Shown here: positions 38,044-50,172 of the stretch, in pieces | How positions within the stretch are numbered: position 1 is the stretch's first letter | Layout: each line of letters begins with the position of its first letter | Assembly: GCF_036321535.1 (NCBI RefSeq) | Contig: NC_087437.1 | Coordinates: forward strand, 105,898,001 to 105,962,000 | Length of the DNA: 64,000 nucleotides | Direction: 5' to 3' | Origin: Camelus dromedarius | Taxonomy: Eukaryota | The notes under the pieces: model-generated | Database searches by the model: none | Told to the model about the DNA's origin: nothing | Seen by the model: only the letters and a program-made list of their open reading frames with translations | Made by a program: the position numbers and the translations under genes

Positions 38044-38881
38044 CTAGACATTCCTTCAAGAAGACATACAAATGGCCAACAGGTATATGGGAAAAATGTT
38101 CAATGTCACTGATCATCAGAGAAATGTAAATCAAAACCACAATAAGATATCTCACACCTGTCAGGATGGCTATTACCAAAAAAAAAAAAAAAAAAAAAAA
38201 AAAAGGACAAGTGTTGGTGGCAAGGAGGAGAAATTTAAACCCTTCTACACTGTTGGTAAGAACGCAAAATGGTGCAGTTGCCATGGAAAACAGTATAGCG
38301 GTCCCTCAAAATTTTCAAAATAGAACTGTCTCATGGTCTAACATCCCTCTTAAGAGTATTTATCCAAAAGACTTGAAATCAGGATATCAAAAAGTTATTA
38401 TCAGTCCTGTGTTCAACACAGCACTGTTTACAATAACCAAGATATGGAAACAAGCTAAATGTCCATTGATAAATGAATGGATAAAGAACATGTGATGTGT
38501 ACACAGGATGAACTATTATTCAGCTTTTGGAAAAGAAGGAAATTCTGCATTGCACAACAACATGGATGAATTTTAAGGACATTTTGCTAAGTGAAATAAT
38601 TTAGTCACTGACAGGCAAATACTACATTATTTCACTTATATGAGTGTCTAAAATAGTCAAATTCGTAGAAGCAAAGAGTGAAATTGGTGGTTGCCAGGCA
38701 GGGGCTATGAGGAAAGGAAACGGGAAGTTACCAATCATGTAAGTTCAATCAGCAATAAGCTCTAAAGACCTGCTGTACAACACGGTACCTCTAGCCAACA
38801 AGAATGAACTGAACACGTAAACATTTGTTAAGAGGGCAGATCCCAGGTTAAGTGTTCTTATCAAAATGAAAAAAAAAAAAA
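38044..38881 (+). mobile_element. 5'-truncated L1 (ORF2 end plus 3' UTR)
   Basis: ORF pieces MANRYMGK..., ALFTITKIWKQAKCPLINEWIK match the L1 ORF2 C-terminus; poly(A) tail. Confidence 0.92.
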
Positions 38882-39749
38882 CACTGTCTTTCCTTTTCCT
38901 TTCACTTTAGGATAACAGCAATGATAAAAAGTGAGAAATCTTGAACTGAGGTTCATCTTTGCTTCCAGTTTTCTCTGAACACAGACTTTTCTTTAATGTA
39001 GTCTTATAATGACCACAGAAGTGGAGTATGTGACTTCTTTTTCATGAGTGATCCATGGAAACAGATATTGCCAGCATGCTGCTAAACAGCTCTTCAGCAG
39101 CAATACACATTTCTGTCTGAATTATCACCAGCTCATATCTTAACCAAAATTCATAACATATCAATTTGTGGCATTTCAAAATGTGTCTCTGGCTTCCTTT
39201 GGAGCAAAGCTCACTCAGGCCATTCCACAGGACGCTTGCTTTTCCAGGAAGGTGTTAGAAGTCAGAGCAGTCATCCAGGCTGTACCTTAGCTTTAGGATT
39301 TAACCTTTAAAAGTAATTCAGAATTGATAGAGATACATATATATGTCTCCCAATGACACCCCTACAAAATCCCCAGGCTTCCTCAATTGTTCCATATATG
39401 GTCAATCTCATCTAACAAATCCTACCACCAGTGGATTCATCTATGCCACGTAAATTCTGTGTCCATCACTTATAATGCTTTACACAGCCCAATCACTTAT
39501 GTATGCTTTTTATTGATTAATCTAAAAAAGCGCCATCTTTATTGAGTTATTAGAGGCAGACATAAGAGGTGAAGATGAAGTTCTAGGTTTTATGGGCAGA
39601 TTGCTTTTCACAACAAAGTAAGAAACAGGATGAGCCTTTCTCATGGTTCAATGTGATGGATACTAAACTGATAAGTGAGCAGGGGTAGGGCTTGTTCAAT
39701 GATATCCATGCTTTTATCATAGAGTTCCATTGCGCATCTTCATTCAGGT

Positions 39750-39900
39750 CAACATTTCTCAAGGTGTTGCCATAGAAATAGGTGCTATGAGGTGAGCATG
39801 GGCCTTTGCAGTACACTAACTTTGAGAAATTCTAACATTTACAAAGCTAAACCTGTTGTATTTACTGCAGGACTTTTCAGAGCCTCCAATATGATAAACA
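39750..39900. mobile_element. Charlie4-like hAT fossil
   Basis: tttactgcaggacttttcagagcctccaatatg motif, shared with 45865-46090. Confidence 0.55.
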
Positions 39901-40301
39901 CACTTCCAGAATTAATTGAAGAGGATAGAATAGCATCTGCCAAAGTATCTATATGCACATTCTCCAAAATCAGGGCTTTAAACTCAGAGAGCAGGTACGA
40001 GACACTAGCAGAGAAAACACTGATAAAAGGTCTCATTGCAAATCTGTCACAGTTGTGGGTGAGGAGTGTGGCTCTCTCTTGCATCTTCCAAGATGGCTTA
40101 TGAAATGAGTCTTACAGCTCTACACCTAGGGGATTTAAGGGGCAAACTCTCATCTTCCAGACTTCATGCCAGACCCCATTGATGTAGGGTGACCTCACAG
40201 GTGTCAAGTCCCCCCGGCATTTCCAGAATTTGCATGTATAGATACAAGTGAGTTTTCTCCAACAGTCCACTCTGTAGTGTCAGAGGAGCATGAAGGATAA
40301 A

Positions 40302-40642
40302 GAGTCATCCCTCAGTATCCACAGGGAATTGGTTCCAGGCACCTCCCTCTATCCCTGTGGATACCAAAATCCACAAATGCTCGTCTCTAATATAAAATAA
40401 CTTAGTATGCACCTCCTCCCTGTACTTTAAATCTTCTCTAGATTACATGTAATGCCTACTACAATGTAAATGCTATGTAAATAGTTGTAAATACAGTGCA
40501 AATGCTATGTAAATCATTGCAAATTCAAGTTTTGCTTTATGGAACTTTCTGGAGTTTTTTTGTTTTTTTTTTTTTTAATATTTTTGATCATTGGTTGGTT
40601 GAATCTGTTGATATGGAACCCATGGATATAGAAGACCAACTG
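40302..40642 (+). mobile_element. MER2-family (TcMar-Tigger) fossil
   Basis: gtcatccctcagtatcc...ggataccaaaatcc...aatgtaaatgctatgtaaatagttgt...ggttggttgaatc...ggatatagaagaccaactg, with diverged terminal inverted repeats. Confidence 0.88.
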
Positions 40643-42252
40643 CAGTGAGAAGTATGTGGGTAGAGCTTGAGGTGAACGGTTGTCAGATGACCCCTGCTCT
40701 AAGTTATCCAGAGTCTGCTCAGAACTGGTGGCTGCAGCAACTTCTGGGGAAGAGGTGGAGTCAGGAGGCTTTGCAGTTGTGCACAGAGGTTTCTGGTAAA
40801 ATGTTGGACTTCTTTTTTCAAAGATCATCCTAGGGAACTACATTGGATAAAAATTAATCTAAATTACCTATACTATAATTAATAGTTACTATCATATAAG
40901 TTTGTGATATCAAAAAGCTACTATATGTTCTTAAAAGATATAACACTTTTTAAAACACCAGGAATAAAGGCAGTTTAGCCAATATTCCCACTTTTTCAGA
41001 ATGTTTAAATCCTTTCCCAGTAATTCTAAAGAAACGTAACCATAAAAATAAAGGACTCACATTCTGAAACAAAACAGACGTCGGTCAGTAATAATGAATC
41101 TTCCTAGAATTTGAAACCAAATCAAGTTGTAAAGGAACTTCTGATTCAATTTCTGAGCAACAATGGCTGTCAGAAAACTTACAATTATTGTAAAATGCCT
41201 GAAAATCTGTTTGTTTTTACAAATAATATCACATTTTCTATAAAAAAATTTACCTCAATTCTTAAGTTTTTACATTGCAAACACATTCATGGACTCTAAT
41301 GAGATTATTATTATTTTCATAATGCAACATCTGTAGCTCAATTAAAAGCAAGACTACAAAAGCAACATTCAACAATACAAACATTCTCAAGTTGTGTACA
41401 CAAAGATAAACATCCATTAAGTAATCAGCATATCAGAGGGGTGCTACAAGGGAGAAAAAAAGAAAATAACAATCAAGAAAAGCATTTTAAAATAAGAAAG
41501 AATGATAAACTAGAAAATTGACTTCTAATTCTCACAGATAGGCATTTGGTTTTTGTTTTGTTTTGTTTTGTTTTAATTCGCTGTTTGAAGTTTTTATCAC
41601 TGATTTTTCCTCCTCCTTTGATTAAAAAGTTATTTTCTTAATTGTTCAAATGATTTTTCCCAAGCCATCATACTGAAATATTGTGTTCAAAATGAGCTTT
41701 GTCATTAAGTTTGCAAATAATGTAAACTGGTACAAGACTACCGCTAATTGATTTTGTGACCTTGGAAGATTTATTTAAGCATTCATTTTCCTCACCTGCC
41801 AGATGTCAGCAATAATCTTGCTACTTCAGAGACTTATGGAATTCCCAAGTGAAAGGTGTTATATGAAAACAATACACAGTTACTTGAACTATCTGAAGAA
41901 TACAAGTCAAATACTTTCTTCCAGGTAGTACCGAAGTTTTTTCCTTGTTGTTATTGGTTTTTAAATTAGTGCTCTTTGTCCATGAGTTTGAATTGAAAAT
42001 TTTTCTTTTTTTCAACCCTAACATCAAATATATTTTTTTACTTTTATTTATAGGCAAATGCATCATTTGATAAAGGGCTTATTTTCAATATCCAAATCCC
42101 ATTATGTGAACAGAATCCCACCACATTTACTAACAGCAAATGTGCAGACTCTAAAATTCAAGTTTTAGTATGTGCAGCTGGATTTTTCAATATGTTAATT
42201 CTTAACACTATCAACTGCATTAGCATTGTTCCCAATAATTATCAAATAATAC

Positions 42253-42810
42253 TGTTAAAGAAAAATCACACTGGACATGATGAGCAAACAATCAATTTTA
42301 TTTCAATACTCTTGCCAGCAAAAGGGAAGAGATCACAAATCAAGTTCTGACACTCAGCCCTGTTGAAACAAAGTATGGGAAGGCTTTTAAGAACTGGGTT
42401 GTGGGATCAAAGACTATCTGTATTTGCTAATTTTTTTTTTTTTTGTACTCATAAGAAAAATAAACTTTTTCCTATCTTTATTTCATCACATCAAGAGGAA
42501 GTTTTACAACTTGGAGTAAAGTGCCCACTGAAATTAAGATCCTACTTTCCCACAGAGACTGAGAGATGGCTGCACTGTCTCCCTAAATGATTACATTTCA
42601 AAGGCATGGCTCCCTTTGAAAGACAATCCTAGGTTGTAAAACTAGTGAGAGGCTTTTAAAAAGATTTATATCTCAAAGGATCATAGAAAAAAACTTAAAA
42701 ATTGTCTAAAGTAAGTGTTCTAAGAAAAGGGAAGTCAGGGGACAGGAGTGTAGAAAAAGTCTGTCTAAAGTTTAGTCAAACTGAGGGAAACACTAACTCT
42801 GTCTTGGGCA
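42253..42810 (-). mobile_element. ERV1-class LTR
   Basis: TG...CA termini, minus-strand AATAAA (~42297), ttcccacagagactgagag and ttacatttcaaagg motifs. Confidence 0.7.
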
Positions 42811-42811
42811 C

Positions 42812-43560
42812 TATTAGAGGGGAGCAAAATGTGCCACACCAAATTATGCTCATTTGGCAAATATATCATTCCAGGCTGATTATTTTTGAGAGGCTGCAGA
42901 CAGAGGAAAATCTCTGAAAAGAGTAGAAGTTACTATTTTGTAAGTATAAAAAATTAATAAACAGAAATCTCAATTAAATAGAGTTGGGACACCAGAAAAG
43001 GAAGCTGCCCTGTCCTGTGTTTACAGCAGAGCCCAACAAGAAGAAAGACTCCTCTTCTTTCCCAGAAAGGACTCAGCCAATGAAAGTTCATGGACTCTTA
43101 GTTTACTATAACCCTCCCAACTTCCTTTCTCCCCTCTATAAAAGCATTCTCCTCTCCTTTGCCATACTGAGGCTTGCATGTGGCTCACCATGATTGCAGA
43201 CCCTGAATTGCAATTTTCTGCTGATCCCAAACAAACCCATCTTAGCTAAATAAATATGTAATAGTCTATTTGCTTTGGGTCAACATAAGAGTCATTTACG
43301 TTTATAAGAAGAATCATAAAGGTGTCTCCCTGTCAGTACCAGGAATAGAAGGATGACTAAATCTTTAGAAATGCTTATCAATGGAAGGGGCAATGACTTA
43401 GATCTGCATAATAACCTTATTCTTGTTACTTGTTACTGTGCTTTTCCTGGTAACCTCCCAGTAGCAGGTCTTCCCTCACAACCCTTCCAACATTTCTCTG
43501 AAGATGTTATTTAAGGTGATGGCTTTGGCCATTTTGGAGAGTTAGTCAGTTGTATTTCCT
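42812..43560 (+). mobile_element. MER34/MER39-like ERV1 LTR, split by a nested LTR
   Basis: aaaatgtgccacaccaaattatgctcatttggca 5' motif; the sequence resumes after 43289. Confidence 0.7.
42945..43285 (+). mobile_element. Nested solo LTR
   Basis: Exact 4-bp TSD TAAG (42941-42944 and 43286-43289), CCAAT, ctataaaa, AATAAA, ends ...ggtcaaCA. Confidence 0.8.
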
Positions 43561-43599
43561 AGTCAGGGACCTAGGGGGATTTGGGCAGGAGGCCCAGGG

Positions 43600-44900
43600 A
43601 AAGACAAGTGTTAGGTTTTTGTTAAATTTAACTTAAATTGAAAACAACAACAATAACAGATTGATATATGGTCTGAACAAACTATTTGCTAGTGAAATGA
43701 GAGACTGAATAATTTAATTCCAAAGAACAAGTGACATTTGCTCCTTCCAGACTCAAGGTGTCCTCAAGCAACTGGGAAACCAGTGGAGGTGTCTAAGGAT
43801 CAGTTCTTGTGATATGCAGTAGCTAAAGGGAACCCCACAACAATTAAGTAAATAATGCTCATCTACACATGAGATAGATGGATTGCCTACTGCTCCAAGC
43901 ACCCACAGCAGTTTTAGACTGTTGGAGGGAGAAACTGAGACATGTAAATTCATGGAACAACCCAAGGATAACTCCTTCAGGAGTTAGACTCAGAAGCAGC
44001 ACATAGCCAATCCATCACACTGACCTGAGAAATTGCTCAGATCATGTCTCATACCTGAATTAGGCTACCAAATTAATAATGGGAAACTGTACCTCAAAGG
44101 CCAAACAGCAACCTGATGGATAGTGACCTATGGGAATACCAATTGGATTTATGTATATCACTTACAGAACTGATACTTCAAGTATTTACTTAATTGGGAT
44201 TTAAAAGAAATCTTGCCCTGAAACTGCCAAGATGGGGTTCTTTTGACATTCTAAAACTGATTTTTGCACATGCAATTTGAGAAAGCTGGCAGAAGGTAAA
44301 AGTTCTTACCATGCCAGTCAATCTTCTGGATCCCAGTCAATCTTCAAAGGTCTATTAGAAACAAGAGTGGTAAGAGGTTTTTGTGTTGTTTTATTTTTTC
44401 CCTCTTTCCTAAAATTAGATTAGCAGGTGAAAATATTTGTAGGATTAGCTGTTCAGATCCTTTGAACTGACCTTGATTTGTTCCATCGGCCAGAAACCCA
44501 GTTTGAATCCAACCTCATTTATAACTGACAGATTTTATATTATTGTACCTGATTCATGGCAGAAATCTTGGAATGTGAGCTATGGGGTCTCTGTGCACAA
44601 ACATAGTTCACATTCCAAAATTTCTGCCATGAATCAGGCACAATTTTATATATACATCAATTGCAAAAATTAATTTGTAAAAGAGCTCCATTTAATTGGC
44701 TTAAAGGAAATTATGTGCTTATATAAAACTCAGAAATATTAAAAAATGAATTTTAGGATTGTGTGATCTAAGATTAATTTTTAAGGAGTATGTCTTCAGT
44801 AGATATAAACATATCAAATATTTTTTTAAAAACCCACCTGTATCTGTCTCTGTAACAACAGCACAGATGATCTGGCCCACACAAAGGATCCGTGGAAAGT
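43600..44900 (+). mobile_element. Degenerate ERV1 internal remnant (MER4/MER34-int-like)
   Basis: ~44205-44290 reads with a frameshift as a gag matrix-like segment (NLALKLPRWGSFDILKLIF...LRK); it lies directly downstream of the LTR. Confidence 0.55.
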
Positions 44901-45039
44901 ACACACATGAAGCAGGTAAAAAATTCTGGGCAGAAGTACTGTGAGCACCAACCCACCAATAGCTGGTAACTTAGTTATCATGGTGAGCAGTGATAATGAC
45001 ACTGGTGTCACCTTTGACAACATGTGCTTGGTTAAAAAA

Positions 45040-45860
45040 AAGTCTTTTACATTTTAATTAAAAAATTAATTCAAATAATTAAAAAACCATCTGTGGAAAA
45101 TGCTAAGAAATCAATTCTTTATTTTAAAAATTGATAAGGGGAAAGTATATGGCATTTATTCTGCATTTCCTATTTTAAATACACAACTTCAGATAATCAA
45201 AGAACCAATGAGGTAAAATATCTTTCTGTAAAGGTATTCTAACTAGTAAATTAATAAATTTAAAAATTCAATAATCATCTTTTAAGACAATAGATTAATG
45301 GACTTAATAAACATCACAAAAATAGAGACAACCAATCATTAAGCCTTCCCAATAGAAGGAAATGTTGCCACTTATGAAGTAGGCTTTTCAAATGACTGAA
45401 CATGAATTTGTAAATCAATCTGTCAATAAATAGGAAAAGCAGAGGACAGAAGCATACACAAAACTACAATGGGGGAAGAAATCTACATATATATATATTT
45501 ATATATTTAGATTTACATTTATATTTGTAAATATTACATATGTATGTGGAAAGAGGGGCATTTTTTAATGCTTAAAGACATAAAAAGGCACAACTCAATT
45601 ACAGTGGCATTTGTGTGGAAAACAAGCATAGGAAATAGACTCCCAAAGAAGCCAGGATAGTGGTTCGTTTTGGTGGGGGTGGTATGGGGGGGTTTAACTG
45701 GGGGAAGGAGGGAGCACGTGGAAAGTGTGTGAGATAACTGAGAATATTCTATCTCCTAACCTGGATGGTGGTTCCCATGGTGTACAGCTTATAATTCATT
45801 ATGCTGTGTACTTATGTTATTTTCTGAATTTATAGAATTATGACCATTAAGGTTAAAAAC
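45040..45860 (+). mobile_element. Old L1 3' UTR fragments
   Basis: gaaaatgctaagaaatcaattc..., caggatagtggtt...aatattctatctc...ctggatggtggtt...aattcattatgctgt. Confidence 0.55.
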
Positions 45861-45864
45861 TTTT

Positions 45865-46090
45865 AAAGAGGTTTGAGAAGTACTAGGTCAAACATGCTTA
45901 AACAGTTTTCTTTACTTTGGGAGCTCTTCGAGCTTTTAAAATGCCAGTGCATACTGTGACTAGTTAGGATGGTAATTTAGTTTGCAACATTTAACAATCT
46001 CATTTAGCCAAGAAATTCTTTTTTCCCAAAACACCTATTAACAGTTCTCAGGACACTAGTCTTCCCTGAAGCATAGATCAAGAAATGCTC
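45865..46090. mobile_element. Charlie4-like hAT fossil
   Basis: ttaaacagttttctttact...aacacctattaaca...acactagt. Confidence 0.6.
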
Positions 46091-46929
46091 ATTTATTTAA
46101 TATATCAGTGTAAAAAAAAATAAAATTGGTATCCTGGGTCCTTTAAATACATATATATGTACTATATCAAAAAGCTTCTTATCTAATAATGCTGACTTAA
46201 TTTACTAAACATTCAGTACAAACAATTTTAAACACTTCTTGCTTGTCAGTAAGAAATTTTATTTTAGTTGAGAATACTCCAATTCTTTTTGGGTAGTCTT
46301 TGCCTTCATTTAGAAATAAAATTACAGTTTCTTGGCAATACCTATTGTGTTCTTGATCATTAAAATAGAATAACTCTTTTCAGTAAGGACAATAAGTCTA
46401 TGCTTTAATAGGAGATTACAAAATTAAGTTCAATGAAATTAAAATCTCACAGTTATTGTGGTTTTTATAATATAGCTTTGTTATATATTGTGGAAAAAAT
46501 AGCTCCATCAGAGTGCTTGGGTAGCCAGAGCTGGAGGGTTGTCTACGTGAAGACTTAGCTGCTTTGGGTAATAAGATCTTTTAGATATGTTTACATAACT
46601 ACACCCTTAATGTCAAACTACAAAAGCAAGCAAATTGTGGTGAGCAACAGCCGCATTTTACTCATGCAATATTGAGTACTGGTCTTAGGCAAGCAGCAGA
46701 GTTGGACTGAGTAGTTTTTTTTTTTTTTCTAACTTCAAAAAAAAATCATTAATAAGATATTAAAAGAGAACTAAAGTCTACAAAAGAGGTAAGAAACCTT
46801 GATCTTAACCCTTCAAAAATAAGCATAATAATAGCAATTATTAAATATTTTAAGGTAAACTAGTTGCACTCAAGCTGTAATGGAAACCTTCTCAGAAGAA
46901 AACAGAAATACCTGTAGCATTTTACATCC

Positions 46930-47400
46930 GTTCAATTATTCATTCATTCAAGAATATTTACTGAGCGTGCTTGCTGCTGGGGATGCAACCGAGTTAAGGG
47001 AGACATAGCTCCTGCTCTCATGGAGCGTGAAATCAAGTGAGAAATTCAGAGGAATAAGGAGGAAATCAACATCCCACTGAGCGGTGAGTGTGGCAGCAAT
47101 GGAAGCACCATGCACCTGAGGGGGGCTGTGGTGGGAGCACTAACCATGACTTTGGGGATGAGCAGAGACTCTTGGAACAACTGTCTTCTAGACTGATACC
47201 CCAAGGATGAGAAATTCACCAGGCTTACACAGGACAGAAGCACTCCAGGCAAGGCAAACACATGCAAATGCCCAGGGTCAAAAGAGAGTGTGGGGCATTT
47301 GGTAATTGACAAATAGGTCACTCTGGCTGAAGTCCAAGTGAAAGGTGGTTGGTAGACAGAAGGCAGAAGAGATGGGGAGACACTGGGGACCAGAAGGAAG
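46930..47400 (-). mobile_element. L2 3' portion
   Basis: ttcattcattcaagaatatttactgagc...ctcctgctctcatggagc...ctccaggcaaggcaaacacatgcaaa. Confidence 0.75.
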
Positions 47401-50130
47401 TTCTCTAGAAGCTTGAAGCTCATCCAGAGGGCAGAAGGGACCATCTGAAGTTCTAAATGACTTCATCTCACTTGCCTTGAACCAAGCGACTTCACAGACC
47501 TGATAGCGTTTTGTTTTCATACAATGCAGACTTCAGGAATGACTCTAGAATTATCTTGCTTCTTGAAACATTTGCTTTATGAGAAGAAGGAAGAGAGACA
47601 ATTTAATGGGAAAGGTTGCCCTAACTCCACAGACATAGTCAGAGTCTTTTCATTTGGACTTTGAAGTATTTTGTAAATATTTTTTTAATTATATAAAATG
47701 TTTGTATTGTTATCATCTCTCCATTCCATGGATTTAATTTTGTTTGTGGCTAGATCATATCCTTTAACTAGGGGATGTCTGGGGTATCTTTTTCATTACA
47801 GAATAAAAGCCTTTAGTACCACATTAGCATAATAATATGGTTGTCTTATAGGTGTTACTTTCAAAATTGATCTTTGCACTAAGTATGCAGCTGGAATTTG
47901 CCACAGTATTAGGAAATCTCAGGTAAACTTGTGATGTTCTCAAGATGATTTTCTTTGACTCAATTTTTCAGTTTATTCATTTAGAAAGTTGCATTTGTTG
48001 GTCAATAAATAGCATAAATAATGTTACTGTCACAGAATCTATCTCCATATGAATTAATTAGTTTCTCTGAATTATAAAAAAAGTTCTGATCTAGAGTCAT
48101 AACTGTACCACAGCTTCAGAAAGGAACAAACAGAACTGAAGAAACTTGATTCCATAATTTAACTTCTGCTTCTAGGGAAGCATCAACTCTCCCTGGTGGC
48201 AGAGCAACAGGAAAAGTCCTTTATTAAATTTAAAGACTAACTTTCCTAAGAATTAAAAGCACTTCTAGAACATTGACAAATCATACGCAAAAAAGGTTAA
48301 CTATATTAAAATTTAAAAAAAAATGCACTGCTATGATTAATTTTGTAAGCCTAAAATCTCTCTTTTATCAGTTAACAGGATAAAACAATGACTTACCTAC
48401 TATTACCAAAATGTTAAACATTAATTAATTAAGTTCAAAAGCCCACTGTTTGCAAAGCAAATAGTGCCAGGCAAAAAATAAAAAAAATGAAAAAGATTCA
48501 ACATCTGCCCATCAGGTAGTTGAAGGGACAGACACATAAACACAGTTATAAACAACATGGGCTCACAGTCAGCGATTAGCATAAGGCAACATAGGAGCGC
48601 ACTGCAAGGGTATCTTAGGTACCACAGTCTCAATTTTCACCCAACACAAATCTAACAGTTCTGTTGGATACCCATGAAGTGTTAAAAATCAGGGGTCAGA
48701 GAAATTCTTAGATACAAAGATTCACTAAGAATATTTAATAACCAAATGTGAGTCTTATTTCAGTTCAACAAATGCCACCCATATTTGAGGACCTACTGGG
48801 TGTTATGTGATTTCCTGGTAACAGAGACCAAGCACAGTCCCGACCTCAAAGAGCTCATAGCCCAGTAGAACTTTAGATTAAACAAAAGAATATCTGTGTT
48901 AGAAAAATGTAACAACAAGAGCTCAATCTTCGACCTGGTATACACCTATATCCTAGAACACTTATGTTCTTGAATCCACTTTTACTGCCATTATTTACCA
49001 GTTGGTGCCATTTTCTTCTTAACCATCTTCTTGAAAGCTATTAAATGTAGAAATGACACATCCTGTTTCTAAGGGAGTTTCTGGTAGAGTATCGATTCCT
49101 GAGAGTTGTATTCATTTCAGTAAAACTAATCTATTAAATATATAATCTAAAATTTCTAAATTGGTCATGTAAATAATTTCATTCAATAGATGAAGTCCTT
49201 TTCAGATCACTTGATCTGATTTGACATTAAAAAAAAAAAGTCACTGTAAATTTGTTCAGATGTTGCAACTACACCATATCACCCAGTGAATAAAGTCAAC
49301 CTTTCCTGCTCTTGTATTTGGACAGAGCTTAAACTACATAACTTGGACCTTGAAGCTGAGAGATATCTGAGAACCTGCATTTGTGTCTGGATTAACATGT
49401 TCTGCTCAAGCTTCCTTATGATTTAAGGATTATTTTTATATTACAGAAAACCCCGTTTTTCTTTTGCAAATATACTATAAGTCCTATTTAAGGAAAGGTA
49501 CACAGACCTGAGTGAATATTTACAAGAGCCTTCTGGATTTAATCTAAAGTTATTAGCCTTTCTGCTGTGTGCTTATAAATGAAGCATGGTACAACATAAT
49601 AACCATATTGACCACAATTAGGGCCCTGAATTAAAGGCAAGAAGTGAGACATTTTGACAGCTCTGGAACATTGCATTTCACGGGCCTCAGTGCACAGCTA
49701 GGTAGCACAGGTGTTCCTGTAATTGCAGTACAAGGGGAAAATTCAGTGCTCAATGGCCTTCAGATTCTCTTGTGTGATGGGGTGTGAAGATTGAGTATCA
49801 GTACTATCTCCTTGTCATTACGTGAAACACAGCTGAAAACATTTGGGACTTTTGGCTGTCCAAAACCAAGTTAAGGGTATCCATGGGGTTTCTTTATTAT
49901 GCAGTCATAGTTTCTGTAACTATGTACGTGTCTTTTTACAAACACAGAAAGAAATATTTTAAGAGCTCTTGTTGACAAAAATTTACATTGTAAGTAATAT
50001 GTTCCCTTTCTCATATTAAAATGGTGCACCCAAACCCTGCCACTCTCCTAGTCTGCAAAAAAAAAAAAAAAAATTTCTAATAATGTATTGTGGTTAAAAT
50101 GAATGTGGTTTAGTTATTTATTTTCACCAG

Positions 50131-50172
50131 AAGGAAGAGGAGAAGGAGGAGAAGGAGGAAGAAGAGGAAAAG
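50131..50172 (+). repeat. Purine-only GAA/GGA low-complexity tract
   Basis: aaggaagaggagaaggaggagaaggaggaagaagaggaaaag. Confidence 0.8.

Noticed and set aside
38072..38495. ORFs with poly-lysine runs
   Set aside because: Frameshifted L1 ORF2 fragments reading through an internal poly(A) expansion.
39583..40103. Overlapping ORFs on both strands with vague RT- or gag-like wording
   Set aside because: They overlap a Charlie4-like fossil and no motif aligned convincingly.
47046..47444. 132-aa ORF
   Set aside because: Lies within an L2 fossil.
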